The position numbers and the translations under genes are program-made. The notes beneath the pieces were generated by a model. It had not been told where the DNA came from, searched no databases, and saw only the letters and a program-made list of their open reading frames with translations. This document shows, piece by piece, positions 1 to 8,744 of a DNA stretch of 64,000 nucleotides. Origin of the DNA: a virus; the IMG/VR virus record IMGVR_UViG_3300020172_005639, positions 56,523 through 120,522 of that record. One strand, written 5' to 3'. Every line of letters begins with the position of its first letter. Within the stretch, counting starts at the first letter, position 1.

Positions 1-1512
1 GTCAAGGACGGCGGGAAGTATTTTGTTTATGAGTTCGAGCGTTTCGTCAATAGGCGTTACGCAGTCATGACGCAGCAGTACCCTTCGGCCTCCCAACCGC
101 AAGGCGAGGTCGTGGACTTTCTAAGCTACATCAAACACCGACACCGTGTCCCACACATTGACTTAGTTCTCTGCGACCAGATATTCGATTGCGACCATCA
201 CACTTTCAAGTCGGTCTTCAGCGTGGGGCAGTACCGCAAGTTTGGCCACCACTTAGCCCATGCCTATGGAGCCTACGCGCAGAGCCCATTTGAGAACTGC
301 TTCGTAATATCCTATGACGGTTCAGGCGAGAATGAGGACGGCAGCAACAGCAGCTTCACGGTTTGGAGTGCAAGCCCTGATGGCATGGCTCTACTGAACG
401 ATTTTCAGCCATACTTCTCGCACAGCTTGGGCAACTGCTACCTAGCCCTAACCGTGCCGCTGGCATCAATAAAGAAGCCCGTAAAGGACCCAGACAACTA
501 CTATTTCTATGGCGGCAGCGCAGGCAAGCTCATGGGTCTGGCCGCATTCGGCACACCGGTAGAGGACTGGAAACCCCACTTCCGTGCTTTTTTTGACGGA
601 GGAAGAGTTTGCGATGAAAAGAGTTTGAGCGATAGCATAGGCATCGATATCGGGCGCTTCAACCACTTGCACGGGCAGACTGAATTCGACTTTGCTGCCA
701 CTATTCAGTGGGCTTTTGAAGACAAGTTCTTTAGGATTTTTGACACCTTGGGCATTCCTCAAGGATCAAGCATTTGCATGACTGGCGGATGCGCCCTGAA
801 CATAAATGTCAACCAGAGGCTGGCTGACATGGGATACAAACTGTTTGTTCCGCCAAATCCATCTGATTGTGGGCTGACGCTAGGGATGCTAAGCGCGCAT
901 CATGGCGACAGGAATATCGACGTCACCTATTCAGGCTTCGATATTCTCGACCACGAAGCTCATGGGCTCCGCAGCGAGCCGATGGACATTGCCGGACTCG
1001 CTTCCAGTCTGTTTTTCCGTCGCAAGATAGTGGGCTTGATACAGGGCTCCTCTGAATGTGGGCCTAGAGCTTTGTGCAACCGCAGTATAATTTGCTATCC
1101 AGATATTCCTATGCTCAAGGAGAGAATCAACTCTGACATCAAGTTCAGAGAGTGGTTCAGGCCTTTTGGAACCGTTGTGAGGGCAGAGGATATAGACAGG
1201 TTCTTCGTGAACGGCAGAGAGTCGAGATTCATGAGCTTATGTCCGACGCTTCGCAAAGAGTACCAGTTTCCCAGCATAACCCACGTGGACGGCACCTGTA
1301 GGGTCCAAACCGTTTCGGCATCGCAAAATCCTCTGGCGCACTCTCTGCTTTCGGAACTGGAGAACCTCGGGGCTTTGCCGATTCTCCTCAACACCAGCTT
1401 CAACACGAAGGGCAAGCCAATTCTCACTAGGCTCTCTGATGCTGCTGCAACGCTTCACGAAACAAAGCTTGAAGGTTTCTATTACGAGGGCAGGTTTTAT
1501 GAGAGGGCATAG
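1..1512 (+). CDS. Carbamoyltransferase (NodU/CmcH/TobZ family), 5'-truncated by window edge
   Basis: Motifs HHLAHA, DGSGE, GKLMGLAAFG, GGCALN, SDCG, GPRALCNRS, FREWFRPF, HVDGTCRVQTV, LLNTSFN; frame is open from base 1 (VKDGGKYFVYEFERF...). Confidence 0.93.
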   Translation, partial: VKDGGKYFVYEFERFVNRRYAVMTQQYPSASQPQGEVVDFLSYIKHRHRVPHIDLVLCDQIFDCDHHTFKSVFSVGQYRKFGHHLAHAYGAYAQSPFENCFVISYDGSGENEDGSNSSFTVWSASPDGMALLNDFQPYFSHSLGNCYLALTVPLASIKKPVKDPDNYYFYGGSAGKLMGLAAFGTPVEDWKPHFRAFFDGGRVCDEKSLSDSIGIDIGRFNHLHGQTEFDFAATIQWAFEDKFFRIFDTLGIPQGSSICMTGGCALNINVNQRLADMGYKLFVPPNPSDCGLTLGMLSAHHGDRNIDVTYSGFDILDHEAHGLRSEPMDIAGLASSLFFRRKIVGLIQGSSECGPRALCNRSIICYPDIPMLKERINSDIKFREWFRPFGTVVRAEDIDRFFVNGRESRFMSLCPTLRKEYQFPSITHVDGTCRVQTVSASQNPLAHSLLSELENLGALPILLNTSFNTKGKPILTRLSDAAATLHETKLEGFYYEGRFYERA

Positions 1513-1999
1513 CGTGTTGAAGATTTTGCTTGATGAGGAGTATATCCTCGTTCTGGATACGGACAGTTTAATTATCGACTTTTATCGTGAGATATGCTCG
1601 TTTTGCACGGGTCATGATGCGGACTCATGTCGGAGCATGGTTGAGTCCGATCGTTTCCATGATGATTTTCAGGATGAGAACCCTTTTTCGGTGAATATCA
1701 AATACAAGGATGACGGGGAGGGCGGTGAAACCCCTTGCTCTGTCTGGCTAAACAAACGATATGGCTGCGACGAGGATGGCAACTTCGGTTTATTGGATGA
1801 GAACAACTTTCAGTCCTACGGCTTTCCTGCGCCCATGAGCGTCGGTATATTCTTCCTGACTGAGCCCACGCAGACCCAGATAAACTTGATTCGGTCAAGG
1901 GCCGAGGCGTTTCTGGCAGAGCGCAAGCCCTCCCCGAAGCTTGAGTCTCTTCGCCTTATCACCCATACCAAGTACGGCGAAGAGCGCGTCCTGAGCTAG
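1499..1999 (+). CDS. Hypothetical protein
   Basis: Acidic ORF filling the gap between the carbamoyltransferase and dnaE; ATG at 1499. Confidence 0.6.
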   Translation: MRGHSVLKILLDEEYILVLDTDSLIIDFYREICSFCTGHDADSCRSMVESDRFHDDFQDENPFSVNIKYKDDGEGGETPCSVWLNKRYGCDEDGNFGLLDENNFQSYGFPAPMSVGIFFLTEPTQTQINLIRSRAEAFLAERKPSPKLESLRLITHTKYGEERVLS

Positions 2000-2006
2000 G
2001 AGAGCT

Positions 2007-4751
2007 ATGAGCAAGGAATCGTTCGTAGCCATTTGCGAGGATGCGTTCAAGTCGAAGGGCTTGCAGAAAAACCCTAGGTTTGTCAAGCGCTTCCGCTGGG
2101 AGATCGATGAAATCCTCGGTAAGGAGGATCACCAGTACTTTCTTGACCTTGTTGAGAGCAAGACGCGCTACCCCATGAACCAGAACAACCTTCTGGTCTG
2201 CTGGCTGCTGGGCATAGTTCCCGACTTCGACATAGAGAGAGAGCCTGCGAGCGTCTTCACGGGCGACTTGCCCGATATCGATATTGACTACCTCCCTGAA
2301 ATCAGGGAGTACCTCAAGAACAGGTGGTCGATCGAAAAATTTGGCTCAGAGCACGTCTGCAATATCGGCAGCTATACTACGTTCGGAATCAAGTCGGCGC
2401 TGATCGACATGGCCAGGGTCCACGAGGCTCCCCGTGAGGAGGTCATGGCCATCACCAAGAACCTAGAGGACAAGGACGAGGACGGGAAACTGTTGACCTG
2501 GGACTCTGCAGTCCGCATCCACCCCGAGCTCAAGCAGTATGCTGAAAAGCATCCAGAGGTCGCTGAGGCTGCTAAGAACTTGCTGAACAGGAACCGTGCG
2601 ATGGGTGTCCATGCCGGTGGCCTTATCATATCGAGCATTCCGCTACACGACCTAGTTCCGTTGGTGAAAAGAAAGGAGGCACCGCAGGCTTCCGCTTGGG
2701 TTGAAGGTCTGCACGGGCAAGAGCTCCAGCCCGTCGGGCTGGTGAAGTTCGACCTTTTGGTGATCAGTAACCTACTCCAGATTGCCAGATGCTGCGACCT
2801 CGTCAAGAAGCGCCACGGATTGCAGGGGATTTGCGCAAGGCCAGAGGAGTCCGACTGGACAGACGTGCACGCTTGGCGAGACAACCCCAAGTCCCTCGCA
2901 ATGGCGAACGAGGGCGACCTCAAGTGCATCTTCCAGTTCGACAGCGAAGGGATGCGCGCCCTCGTGAAGTCTGGCGGCGTGAACAGGTTCGAGGACATGG
3001 TGGCATACTCTGCTCTCTTTAGGCCAGGTTGCTTGGCCAGTGGCATGACGAAGCTTTACATTGAGCGCAAGCGGGGCAGGGACTCCTTTGAACTTCACCC
3101 GATCATGCAGCCCATACTCGAGAAGACTTACGGCATCATGGTCTACCAAGAACAGATCATGCAGATCCTCCATGTGGTCGGGGAAATTCCCCTCAAGGAC
3201 TGCGAGGCAGTAAGGAAGGCAATCAGCAAGAAGAAGATCGAGCAGTTCATCAAGTACAAGGAGCAGTTCGTAATCAATGGCCAGCGCAAGCTCTCGTCCA
3301 GCGAGAAAGAACTAGAGGCGCTGTGGAGCCAGATCGAGTCATGGGCCGGCTACGGCTTCAACGCGTCTCATGCCGTCGCATACACCTATATCTCTATGTG
3401 GCTCCTTTATCTGAAGTCCCACTACCCCTCGGAGTTCTACACGGCGATATTGAGCTGCGAAACGCTTAGTGACAAGATCAAGGACGTGAAGATGGAGGCT
3501 CGCATCCACGGCGTCGAGATGCACAGGCTAGACGTGAACAAATCCTCGCCCAACTTCAGCCTTGTCAACGAGGTCATCTACTATGGCTTCCAGAACGTGA
3601 AGGGGATCGGAGAGGGCCCGGCGCAGAGGCTCGCAGCAAACGCGCCATACAAGTCCTTCGAGGACTTCGTTGTCAGGTTCGGAACGGACGCCGGAGTGCT
3701 CAAGCCCATAGTCGCGCTGCGCTGCTTCAGGGACTGCGACCCTGTCACTTTGTGGAAGTTTGCAGATCACTACAAGGACAGACTTAAGAAGATAGAGGAC
3801 AGGCGCAAAAGGTTTGAGTCTTCGCTCTTGGGATATGAGGAGGAGTTGCAGTCGCTGCTTCCTGGATTTCCCAAGAAGTTGTCTGATTTTAATGGCGAAA
3901 ACCCGTTCGATCACAGGATTTTCAAGGAAAAGTTCGACATTGACCAGGAGATCCTGACCGTTAAGACAGTTCCCTGTGATCTGGGGGAGGGAGAGGCTGT
4001 CGTTGAGAACGAGTTCGTGGACGTGCCTGACGGTGATGCCACGATAGAAAGGATCGTTAAGAAGCATTACAAAAAGATAGAGGTCAAAAAGACTTTTAAC
4101 AGGTGGAAGGAGCTCAAGAAGCTGTGGGTCAAGCGCCAGAAATCCATAGACAGGCAGAACGCGCTGGCAAATGACGAGATGCCCAAGCTGGTTCACTTCA
4201 ACCCAGAGGACCATCCAATCGACGGAGAGTTGCTGCGGGAGCTCCGCAACCCCGTAGCGTGCGAGGAGAAGTTCTACGGGTTTGCTTGGATTCATGAGCT
4301 GGAGCGAAGTCCAGACTATACGGGCAACAAAACTTTCTCCGACTGCAAAAACGTTGCCGAAGGCGCAGCCTACCCCGTGGAGATGAAGGTCAAGAAGACG
4401 GTGGAAGCCAAGAGCCGCAAGGGTCATTCCTACCGTCAGGTCATAGCAGAGGACGCCACCGGGGCAGAGGCGAAGATCAATGTTTGGTCTGATGACTGGT
4501 CTCGCTGGCAGTCAGAATTAAAGGTGGCTAACTTACTTAGAGTAAGGCTGCAACCGCCCTCTGGCGGCTTCAATACCTACACTCTGGAGTCCAACCAGCA
4601 GGGCAAGTTCCGTGGAAGGCTCCGGTACAGGGACAAGGACGATGATCCGAGAATCTTCGTCATGAAGCCGGGCGTCAAGGAAGACGAAAAGTTCATGACT
4701 GACGAGGAAGTCCTTGCGCAGTTCGAGAAATGCAACGTGGAAAACCCATGA
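2007..4751 (+). CDS. dnaE: DNA polymerase III alpha subunit (family C) lacking the PHP domain
   Basis: PDIDID, HAGGLII, GLVKFDLL, IFQFDS, ALFRPG, GIMVYQEQIMQ, YGFNASHAVAY, YLKSHYP, HhH VKGIGE, C-terminal OB-like region; SD GGAG upstream. Confidence 0.93.
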   Translation: MSKESFVAICEDAFKSKGLQKNPRFVKRFRWEIDEILGKEDHQYFLDLVESKTRYPMNQNNLLVCWLLGIVPDFDIEREPASVFTGDLPDIDIDYLPEIREYLKNRWSIEKFGSEHVCNIGSYTTFGIKSALIDMARVHEAPREEVMAITKNLEDKDEDGKLLTWDSAVRIHPELKQYAEKHPEVAEAAKNLLNRNRAMGVHAGGLIISSIPLHDLVPLVKRKEAPQASAWVEGLHGQELQPVGLVKFDLLVISNLLQIARCCDLVKKRHGLQGICARPEESDWTDVHAWRDNPKSLAMANEGDLKCIFQFDSEGMRALVKSGGVNRFEDMVAYSALFRPGCLASGMTKLYIERKRGRDSFELHPIMQPILEKTYGIMVYQEQIMQILHVVGEIPLKDCEAVRKAISKKKIEQFIKYKEQFVINGQRKLSSSEKELEALWSQIESWAGYGFNASHAVAYTYISMWLLYLKSHYPSEFYTAILSCETLSDKIKDVKMEARIHGVEMHRLDVNKSSPNFSLVNEVIYYGFQNVKGIGEGPAQRLAANAPYKSFEDFVVRFGTDAGVLKPIVALRCFRDCDPVTLWKFADHYKDRLKKIEDRRKRFESSLLGYEEELQSLLPGFPKKLSDFNGENPFDHRIFKEKFDIDQEILTVKTVPCDLGEGEAVVENEFVDVPDGDATIERIVKKHYKKIEVKKTFNRWKELKKLWVKRQKSIDRQNALANDEMPKLVHFNPEDHPIDGELLRELRNPVACEEKFYGFAWIHELERSPDYTGNKTFSDCKNVAEGAAYPVEMKVKKTVEAKSRKGHSYRQVIAEDATGAEAKINVWSDDWSRWQSELKVANLLRVRLQPPSGGFNTYTLESNQQGKFRGRLRYRDKDDDPRIFVMKPGVKEDEKFMTDEEVLAQFEKCNVENP

Positions 4752-5251
4752 CTGAAGAACTCCATATCGACGAAAGCAACTTTAATGACTACTTCAGGGA
4801 TTGCCGGATAAGCAAGCCGGAACGTGGCGACGTGATGGCCTGTTACACGGCCGTAGCAGAGTTTGTCGATGGCCACATGAAAAAGGACATCATTGATCTC
4901 CTCGCCAACAATGAAAAGGCAGTGGCGGCAACCAACGTCATGCGGAAGCTAGGCTGTGCAACACAGCGCGACGCCTTTCGAGTCTGCCGTGAGATCGCTG
5001 AAGACCTCGACTCCGGGCTTTCTGCCGAGGAGGTTGAGAAGAAGAGCTATAGGTATCAGTTTGAAATGTTCTTCTACACGAAAAAAGAGTACGTTCCGAT
5101 CGACGATCTGCACTGGTCCATCATCAATATCGCCAACCTAGATGCCTTCCTTGACAACCAAAATAGGAAGGTGACCATCTCCAGCAAAATCATAGACCCT
5201 TCCACTCCTGTTGAAGACAAGATGGAAGAGCCAGTTTCGGTGGCGGAATGA
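4748..5251 (+). CDS. Hypothetical protein
   Basis: ATGA overlap with the dnaE stop. Confidence 0.7.
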   Translation: MTEELHIDESNFNDYFRDCRISKPERGDVMACYTAVAEFVDGHMKKDIIDLLANNEKAVAATNVMRKLGCATQRDAFRVCREIAEDLDSGLSAEEVEKKSYRYQFEMFFYTKKEYVPIDDLHWSIINIANLDAFLDNQNRKVTISSKIIDPSTPVEDKMEEPVSVAE

Positions 5252-5255
5252 TGAG

Positions 5256-5810
5256 ATGCGTTCAGAAAATTTCGTCCTTATAGACAATCTACGAGTGGCG
5301 AAGCCAGGCTGCTTCGCAAGGTGCAGGGCTTACGAAAACGAACGCTACAGAATCGATCACTGGTTCTATTGTCGCGACATTTTTCACCACGTGCTGTCCA
5401 AGTTGGACATATTTTTCTTCAGCCACAAGATCGGCCAGTCCAGAGGTATTATAGCCTTCATGCTCAAAGCAGAGGAGATGCTGTGCGTCTCCCCGAGGTC
5501 CGATTATGGCCTTACCCAGCGGAAGACCGTGATGTGGGTAAGGCCAAGTAGTTGGTGGATTAGGCATGCCATGAGGCGCTCCTTATTCACAATTCTTCTG
5601 CGCGCCAGTCTTGAGTATGACGCCAAGATAGAGAACTTCAAGGAAACGCTTTTAAAGGACAAGTACCTTTGCGAAACCATTTATGCGGTAGAGAGGTTTT
5701 TTTCAGGACATACGAGGTATGTCGGCAGAAAGCGTGGCTGGCACAAGCAATTCTTCCTGTGCAATCCTTCCAAACAGGAAATCGATAGGCTTTTGGCGAT
5801 TCCAAAGTGA
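5256..5810 (+). CDS. Hypothetical protein, paralog of 31721-32383
   Basis: Shares RRSLFT(I/L)L, FF(F/V)SH, ETxxAVxRF and GW blocks with 31721-32383. Confidence 0.75.
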   Translation: MRSENFVLIDNLRVAKPGCFARCRAYENERYRIDHWFYCRDIFHHVLSKLDIFFFSHKIGQSRGIIAFMLKAEEMLCVSPRSDYGLTQRKTVMWVRPSSWWIRHAMRRSLFTILLRASLEYDAKIENFKETLLKDKYLCETIYAVERFFSGHTRYVGRKRGWHKQFFLCNPSKQEIDRLLAIPK

Positions 5811-5819
5811 GGTTAAAAA

Positions 5820-6449
5820 ATGGACAGAATAGAAATAATCAATCGGCTCATATCGGAATTCTGCCTCGACAGGTATCTGGAAATCGGCGTCTGGAGGGGC
5901 GACTGCTATTTAAGAGTCACATGTAAAGAGAAGGTTGGAGTGGATCTATTCCCAATCTATCAAGATGGCGTGCACGCCATGACAAGCGACGAATTCTTCA
6001 GGACTTACCAAGGCCCCAAGTTCGATCTGGTTTTCATAGATGGCAACCATGAATCAGAGCAGGCATACCGAGACATCAGGAATGCTTTGGGAAGCCTCAG
6101 CGACCATGGTTTCGTGGTTTGCCACGACTGCTGCCCTCTCTCCGAGATCGAGCAGCGCGTCCCACGAGAGCAGGATCTCTGGACTGGAGACGTTTGGAAG
6201 GCCATACATTCTTTGCGAGTCGACAGGGATGACGTGAGTGCAACAACGTTCGACTGTGATTATGGCTGCTGTGTCATCTCAAAGTTCCCTTCAGTCGCTT
6301 ATCGTCCACCGACCAAATCCATTGACTGGTCATACTATCAAAGCTATAGCAAGGATTTCTTGAACCTCAAGCCTGCATCCTATTTTGAGCAGTTTATTTT
6401 GAATCTCAAAGATGCAATCGCAAAAAACCTACAGAACAGAGATATATAA
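5820..6449 (+). CDS. Class I SAM-dependent methyltransferase (Methyltransf_24-like)
   Basis: YLEIGV, FDLVFIDGNH, VVCHD, WTGDVWK motifs. Confidence 0.85.
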   Translation: MDRIEIINRLISEFCLDRYLEIGVWRGDCYLRVTCKEKVGVDLFPIYQDGVHAMTSDEFFRTYQGPKFDLVFIDGNHESEQAYRDIRNALGSLSDHGFVVCHDCCPLSEIEQRVPREQDLWTGDVWKAIHSLRVDRDDVSATTFDCDYGCCVISKFPSVAYRPPTKSIDWSYYQSYSKDFLNLKPASYFEQFILNLKDAIAKNLQNRDI

Positions 6450-6452
6450 ATA
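6445..6452 (+). promoter_or_regulatory. T4-like late promoter TATAAATA
   Basis: Exact TATAAATA 28 nt before ATG 6480; SD AAGGA. Confidence 0.6.
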
Positions 6453-6479
6453 TTAGCCTTCACATAGACAAGGATCGAC

Positions 6480-7274
6480 ATGAACAGCATGATGGATGAC
6501 ATCAACAAATTCGCTAAGATCTGGGACAAGGCCGTGGAGAGCGGCGTCTTCGGCGATGCGAAGCCGAAAGAGGAACCCGCCCAGACCCAAGACGATCATG
6601 GGGAGGACTTCTTCGGCAACTTTAACAGCAACGAGTACGATATTGATCGCCCGATCAACGAGTGCGATTCCAAGTATTGGAAGGAGCTTGCCAAATCTGC
6701 CAAGGAACGAGCTCCCTATTCATTTGATCTCACAGAAGATAAGGAAATCTCCAAGCCTGCGGCCAAGGAAATGGCCAAGCGTCTGGGTAGCACCTTCAAT
6801 CCCGTGTACCCAAACACGATGGGCAAGGATCAAGACCTTGGTACACCCGTCAAGGTAACGCAGAACTGGGGCGTGGGCGGCAAGGAGTTGAACGACCTTG
6901 AGGATCTCAAGAAGAGGCTCTACGACTTGGAGGTCAAGCTTAGCTCTGCAGGCATCATCAAGGTCGAAAAGAAGAAGGACAAGGACGAGAGCACCCTCCT
7001 GAAGTCCATGGCCGATCTTAAGAAGCAGATCGACGATCTCAGCGACAAGCTTAACGGAAACAGGACGGACGAAGCGACTTACAGCGGCGACCCGAAGAGG
7101 ATCAAGGCGAAGTACTCTGGCATAGACGCGAACGGCAAGCCCTTTAAGGCTGGCGACATGGTCACCTACTTCTCTAGGACGAAGAGCATATTCTCGGGAC
7201 AAGAGGGTGAGAAGGAGTATCGCGACTTCCTTTCTGCAAAAGGTGACGAGGAAGGAATGCCCTATGCTAGCTAG
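6480..7274 (+). CDS. Hypothetical, putative late/virion protein with coiled coil
   Basis: 264-aa charged ORF downstream of TATAAATA. Confidence 0.7.
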   Translation: MNSMMDDINKFAKIWDKAVESGVFGDAKPKEEPAQTQDDHGEDFFGNFNSNEYDIDRPINECDSKYWKELAKSAKERAPYSFDLTEDKEISKPAAKEMAKRLGSTFNPVYPNTMGKDQDLGTPVKVTQNWGVGGKELNDLEDLKKRLYDLEVKLSSAGIIKVEKKKDKDESTLLKSMADLKKQIDDLSDKLNGNRTDEATYSGDPKRIKAKYSGIDANGKPFKAGDMVTYFSRTKSIFSGQEGEKEYRDFLSAKGDEEGMPYAS

Positions 7275-7288
7275 GGCGAGAGGTAAAC

Positions 7289-7471
7289 ATGACAGAGTAT
7301 GACATCAATTATGTAAAGTTTCTCAGCGGAATGATCAGCGAGGAAGCTTACTACGAGCTCCAAGAGGCAGAAGGAAATCTCCAGCTTTTGGATAAGTCTA
7401 AAAAGGCCTTCAAGATTCTGCCGGGCGACCTTGACGACATCGATCCCGTCAGCAAGCCTCACAAGAATTAG
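7289..7471 (+). CDS. Small hypothetical protein with LSGMISE motif
   Basis: SD GAGG; N-terminus resembles that of 37479. Confidence 0.65.
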   Translation: MTEYDINYVKFLSGMISEEAYYELQEAEGNLQLLDKSKKAFKILPGDLDDIDPVSKPHKN

Positions 7472-7499
7472 TCGCAAGACATATCGGCGAGGTTTTTTG

Positions 7500-7534
7500 C
7501 TCCGACGGATGGTAGAATTGACCATCCGTCGGAG
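7500..7534 (+). promoter_or_regulatory. Perfect 14-bp hairpin covering the SD of the 7543 gene (or a terminator)
   Basis: CTCCGACGGATGGT-AGAATTG-ACCATCCGTCGGAG. Confidence 0.6.
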
Positions 7535-7542
7535 TTTCAATT

Positions 7543-8079
7543 ATGTCATCCGTTTGGCGCGCACCAGGTGATGTCCTCGACTTGCTTCTTTCCATAAAAT
7601 CGAGGCACCACTCTCCTCGCCTAGATTTTTGCACGGTTGCAGTTTGCTTTGACGAAAGCAAGCCGTTCCTTAAAAATAAAATCAACCTTGGCAAGCTCAC
7701 TAAGTTCTCAAACCTGGTTAGGCTTTACCAACGGGAGAAGTACGACTTCTGCCTGACAATTCCTTCCGAGGTTTGGGGCTCAATACTTTGCGACCAGAGT
7801 CAAAAGGAGGCCTACATCGACCTACAACTGACCCGCTGCGATATTGAATACATGCCTGAAGAGATTGAGGAAAACAACAAGAAGAAGAAGGTCGTGGACG
7901 AGTTTGGCCGGGTAAAGTACACCAACCAGCCCAAACTAGACGCAGCTGGCGAGTTGAAGTGGAAAGTGCAGCCGTTGGACCTTGAGGTTTTCACCCAGAA
8001 CGTGCGCCGCTATGGCGTCTGGCTGGTTGATCTGGGTGCTTTGCGGGACGCCATCGAAGAATCCTCTCAAGACAATTGA
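7543..8079 (+). CDS. Phage putative-metallopeptidase-like protein with degenerate active site
   Basis: YDFCLTI..W...QKEAYIDLQLTRC...LDLEVF..NVRRYGVW pattern matches the family but lacks HExxH. Confidence 0.6.
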   Translation: MSSVWRAPGDVLDLLLSIKSRHHSPRLDFCTVAVCFDESKPFLKNKINLGKLTKFSNLVRLYQREKYDFCLTIPSEVWGSILCDQSQKEAYIDLQLTRCDIEYMPEEIEENNKKKKVVDEFGRVKYTNQPKLDAAGELKWKVQPLDLEVFTQNVRRYGVWLVDLGALRDAIEESSQDN

Positions 8080-8108
8080 TTCCCTAGATAAATAAATCGG
8101 GGGATTAT

Positions 8109-8540
8109 ATGTCGCGATCCAAAGCATTCGAAATCATTCTTCTAGGTTTGTGGCTTCTCATAGTCGCCACCCTGGTATTCAGGTACTTCAAACCTAGGCA
8201 AGAGATTTATGTGCCTAAGGATATAGCGGAGAAGGAGTCGCAGCCGCTTCCTACAAGTAAGAGCCTACCGATTAAGCGGATTGTCCAGGTCGATAGCGAC
8301 ACCTTTGATATCACCTTGCGCAAGGGCGACCGCAGGCTGATACTTGATCTTCCAAATACTGTTGCAGCCGAAGCTAAGTCCAAAACCACCCAGCTCCTGA
8401 ACAACATCGTTAACCCTAGGTGCATACTGCAAAGCAGAAGGGACGACGGGAGTTGGGTAGGGACACTAATTTATTCGCTGGATGGCAAAGACCAGGACAT
8501 CATGGATTGGCTTAAAAATGGCAAATTTGTTTATGAGTGA
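8109..8540 (+). CDS. Membrane-anchored protein, degenerate thermonuclease (SNase)-like
   Basis: N-terminal TM helix; VQVDSDTFDI resembles the DGDT motif; ATAAATA box and SD GGGGGA upstream. Confidence 0.55.
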   Translation: MSRSKAFEIILLGLWLLIVATLVFRYFKPRQEIYVPKDIAEKESQPLPTSKSLPIKRIVQVDSDTFDITLRKGDRRLILDLPNTVAAEAKSKTTQLLNNIVNPRCILQSRRDDGSWVGTLIYSLDGKDQDIMDWLKNGKFVYE

Positions 8541-8552
8541 CTCCAGTATGAC

Positions 8553-8744
8553 ATGGAGCAGAAATTCATAATCCGTTGCCTCAAATGCAGATGGGCCAAG
8601 CTCACGACGGGCATTAGTTCAGATCTCGCCGATCTTACGGAAATCCCTTCAAACTGCAGCAATTGCGGCAAGCCGAGAGAGTTTCGCTGCCCAAGGTGCG
8701 GTCGCGTCGCCAAAATGACACGGATCAAGGTGCCACCCTCATGA
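8553..8744 (+). CDS. Small zinc-finger protein
   Basis: Three CxxC pairs in 63 aa; ATGA overlap with the next gene. Confidence 0.7.
   Translation: MEQKFIIRCLKCRWAKLTTGISSDLADLTEIPSNCSNCGKPREFRCPRCGRVAKMTRIKVPPS

Noticed and set aside
3730-4260. Possible intein in DnaE
   Set aside because: No C/S start with His-Asn end and no LAGLIDADG motifs
2372-4427. Long antisense ORFs (also 38896-39786, 40453-41244, 56081-56881)
   Set aside because: Shadows of well-supported plus-strand genes; no motifs or start signals
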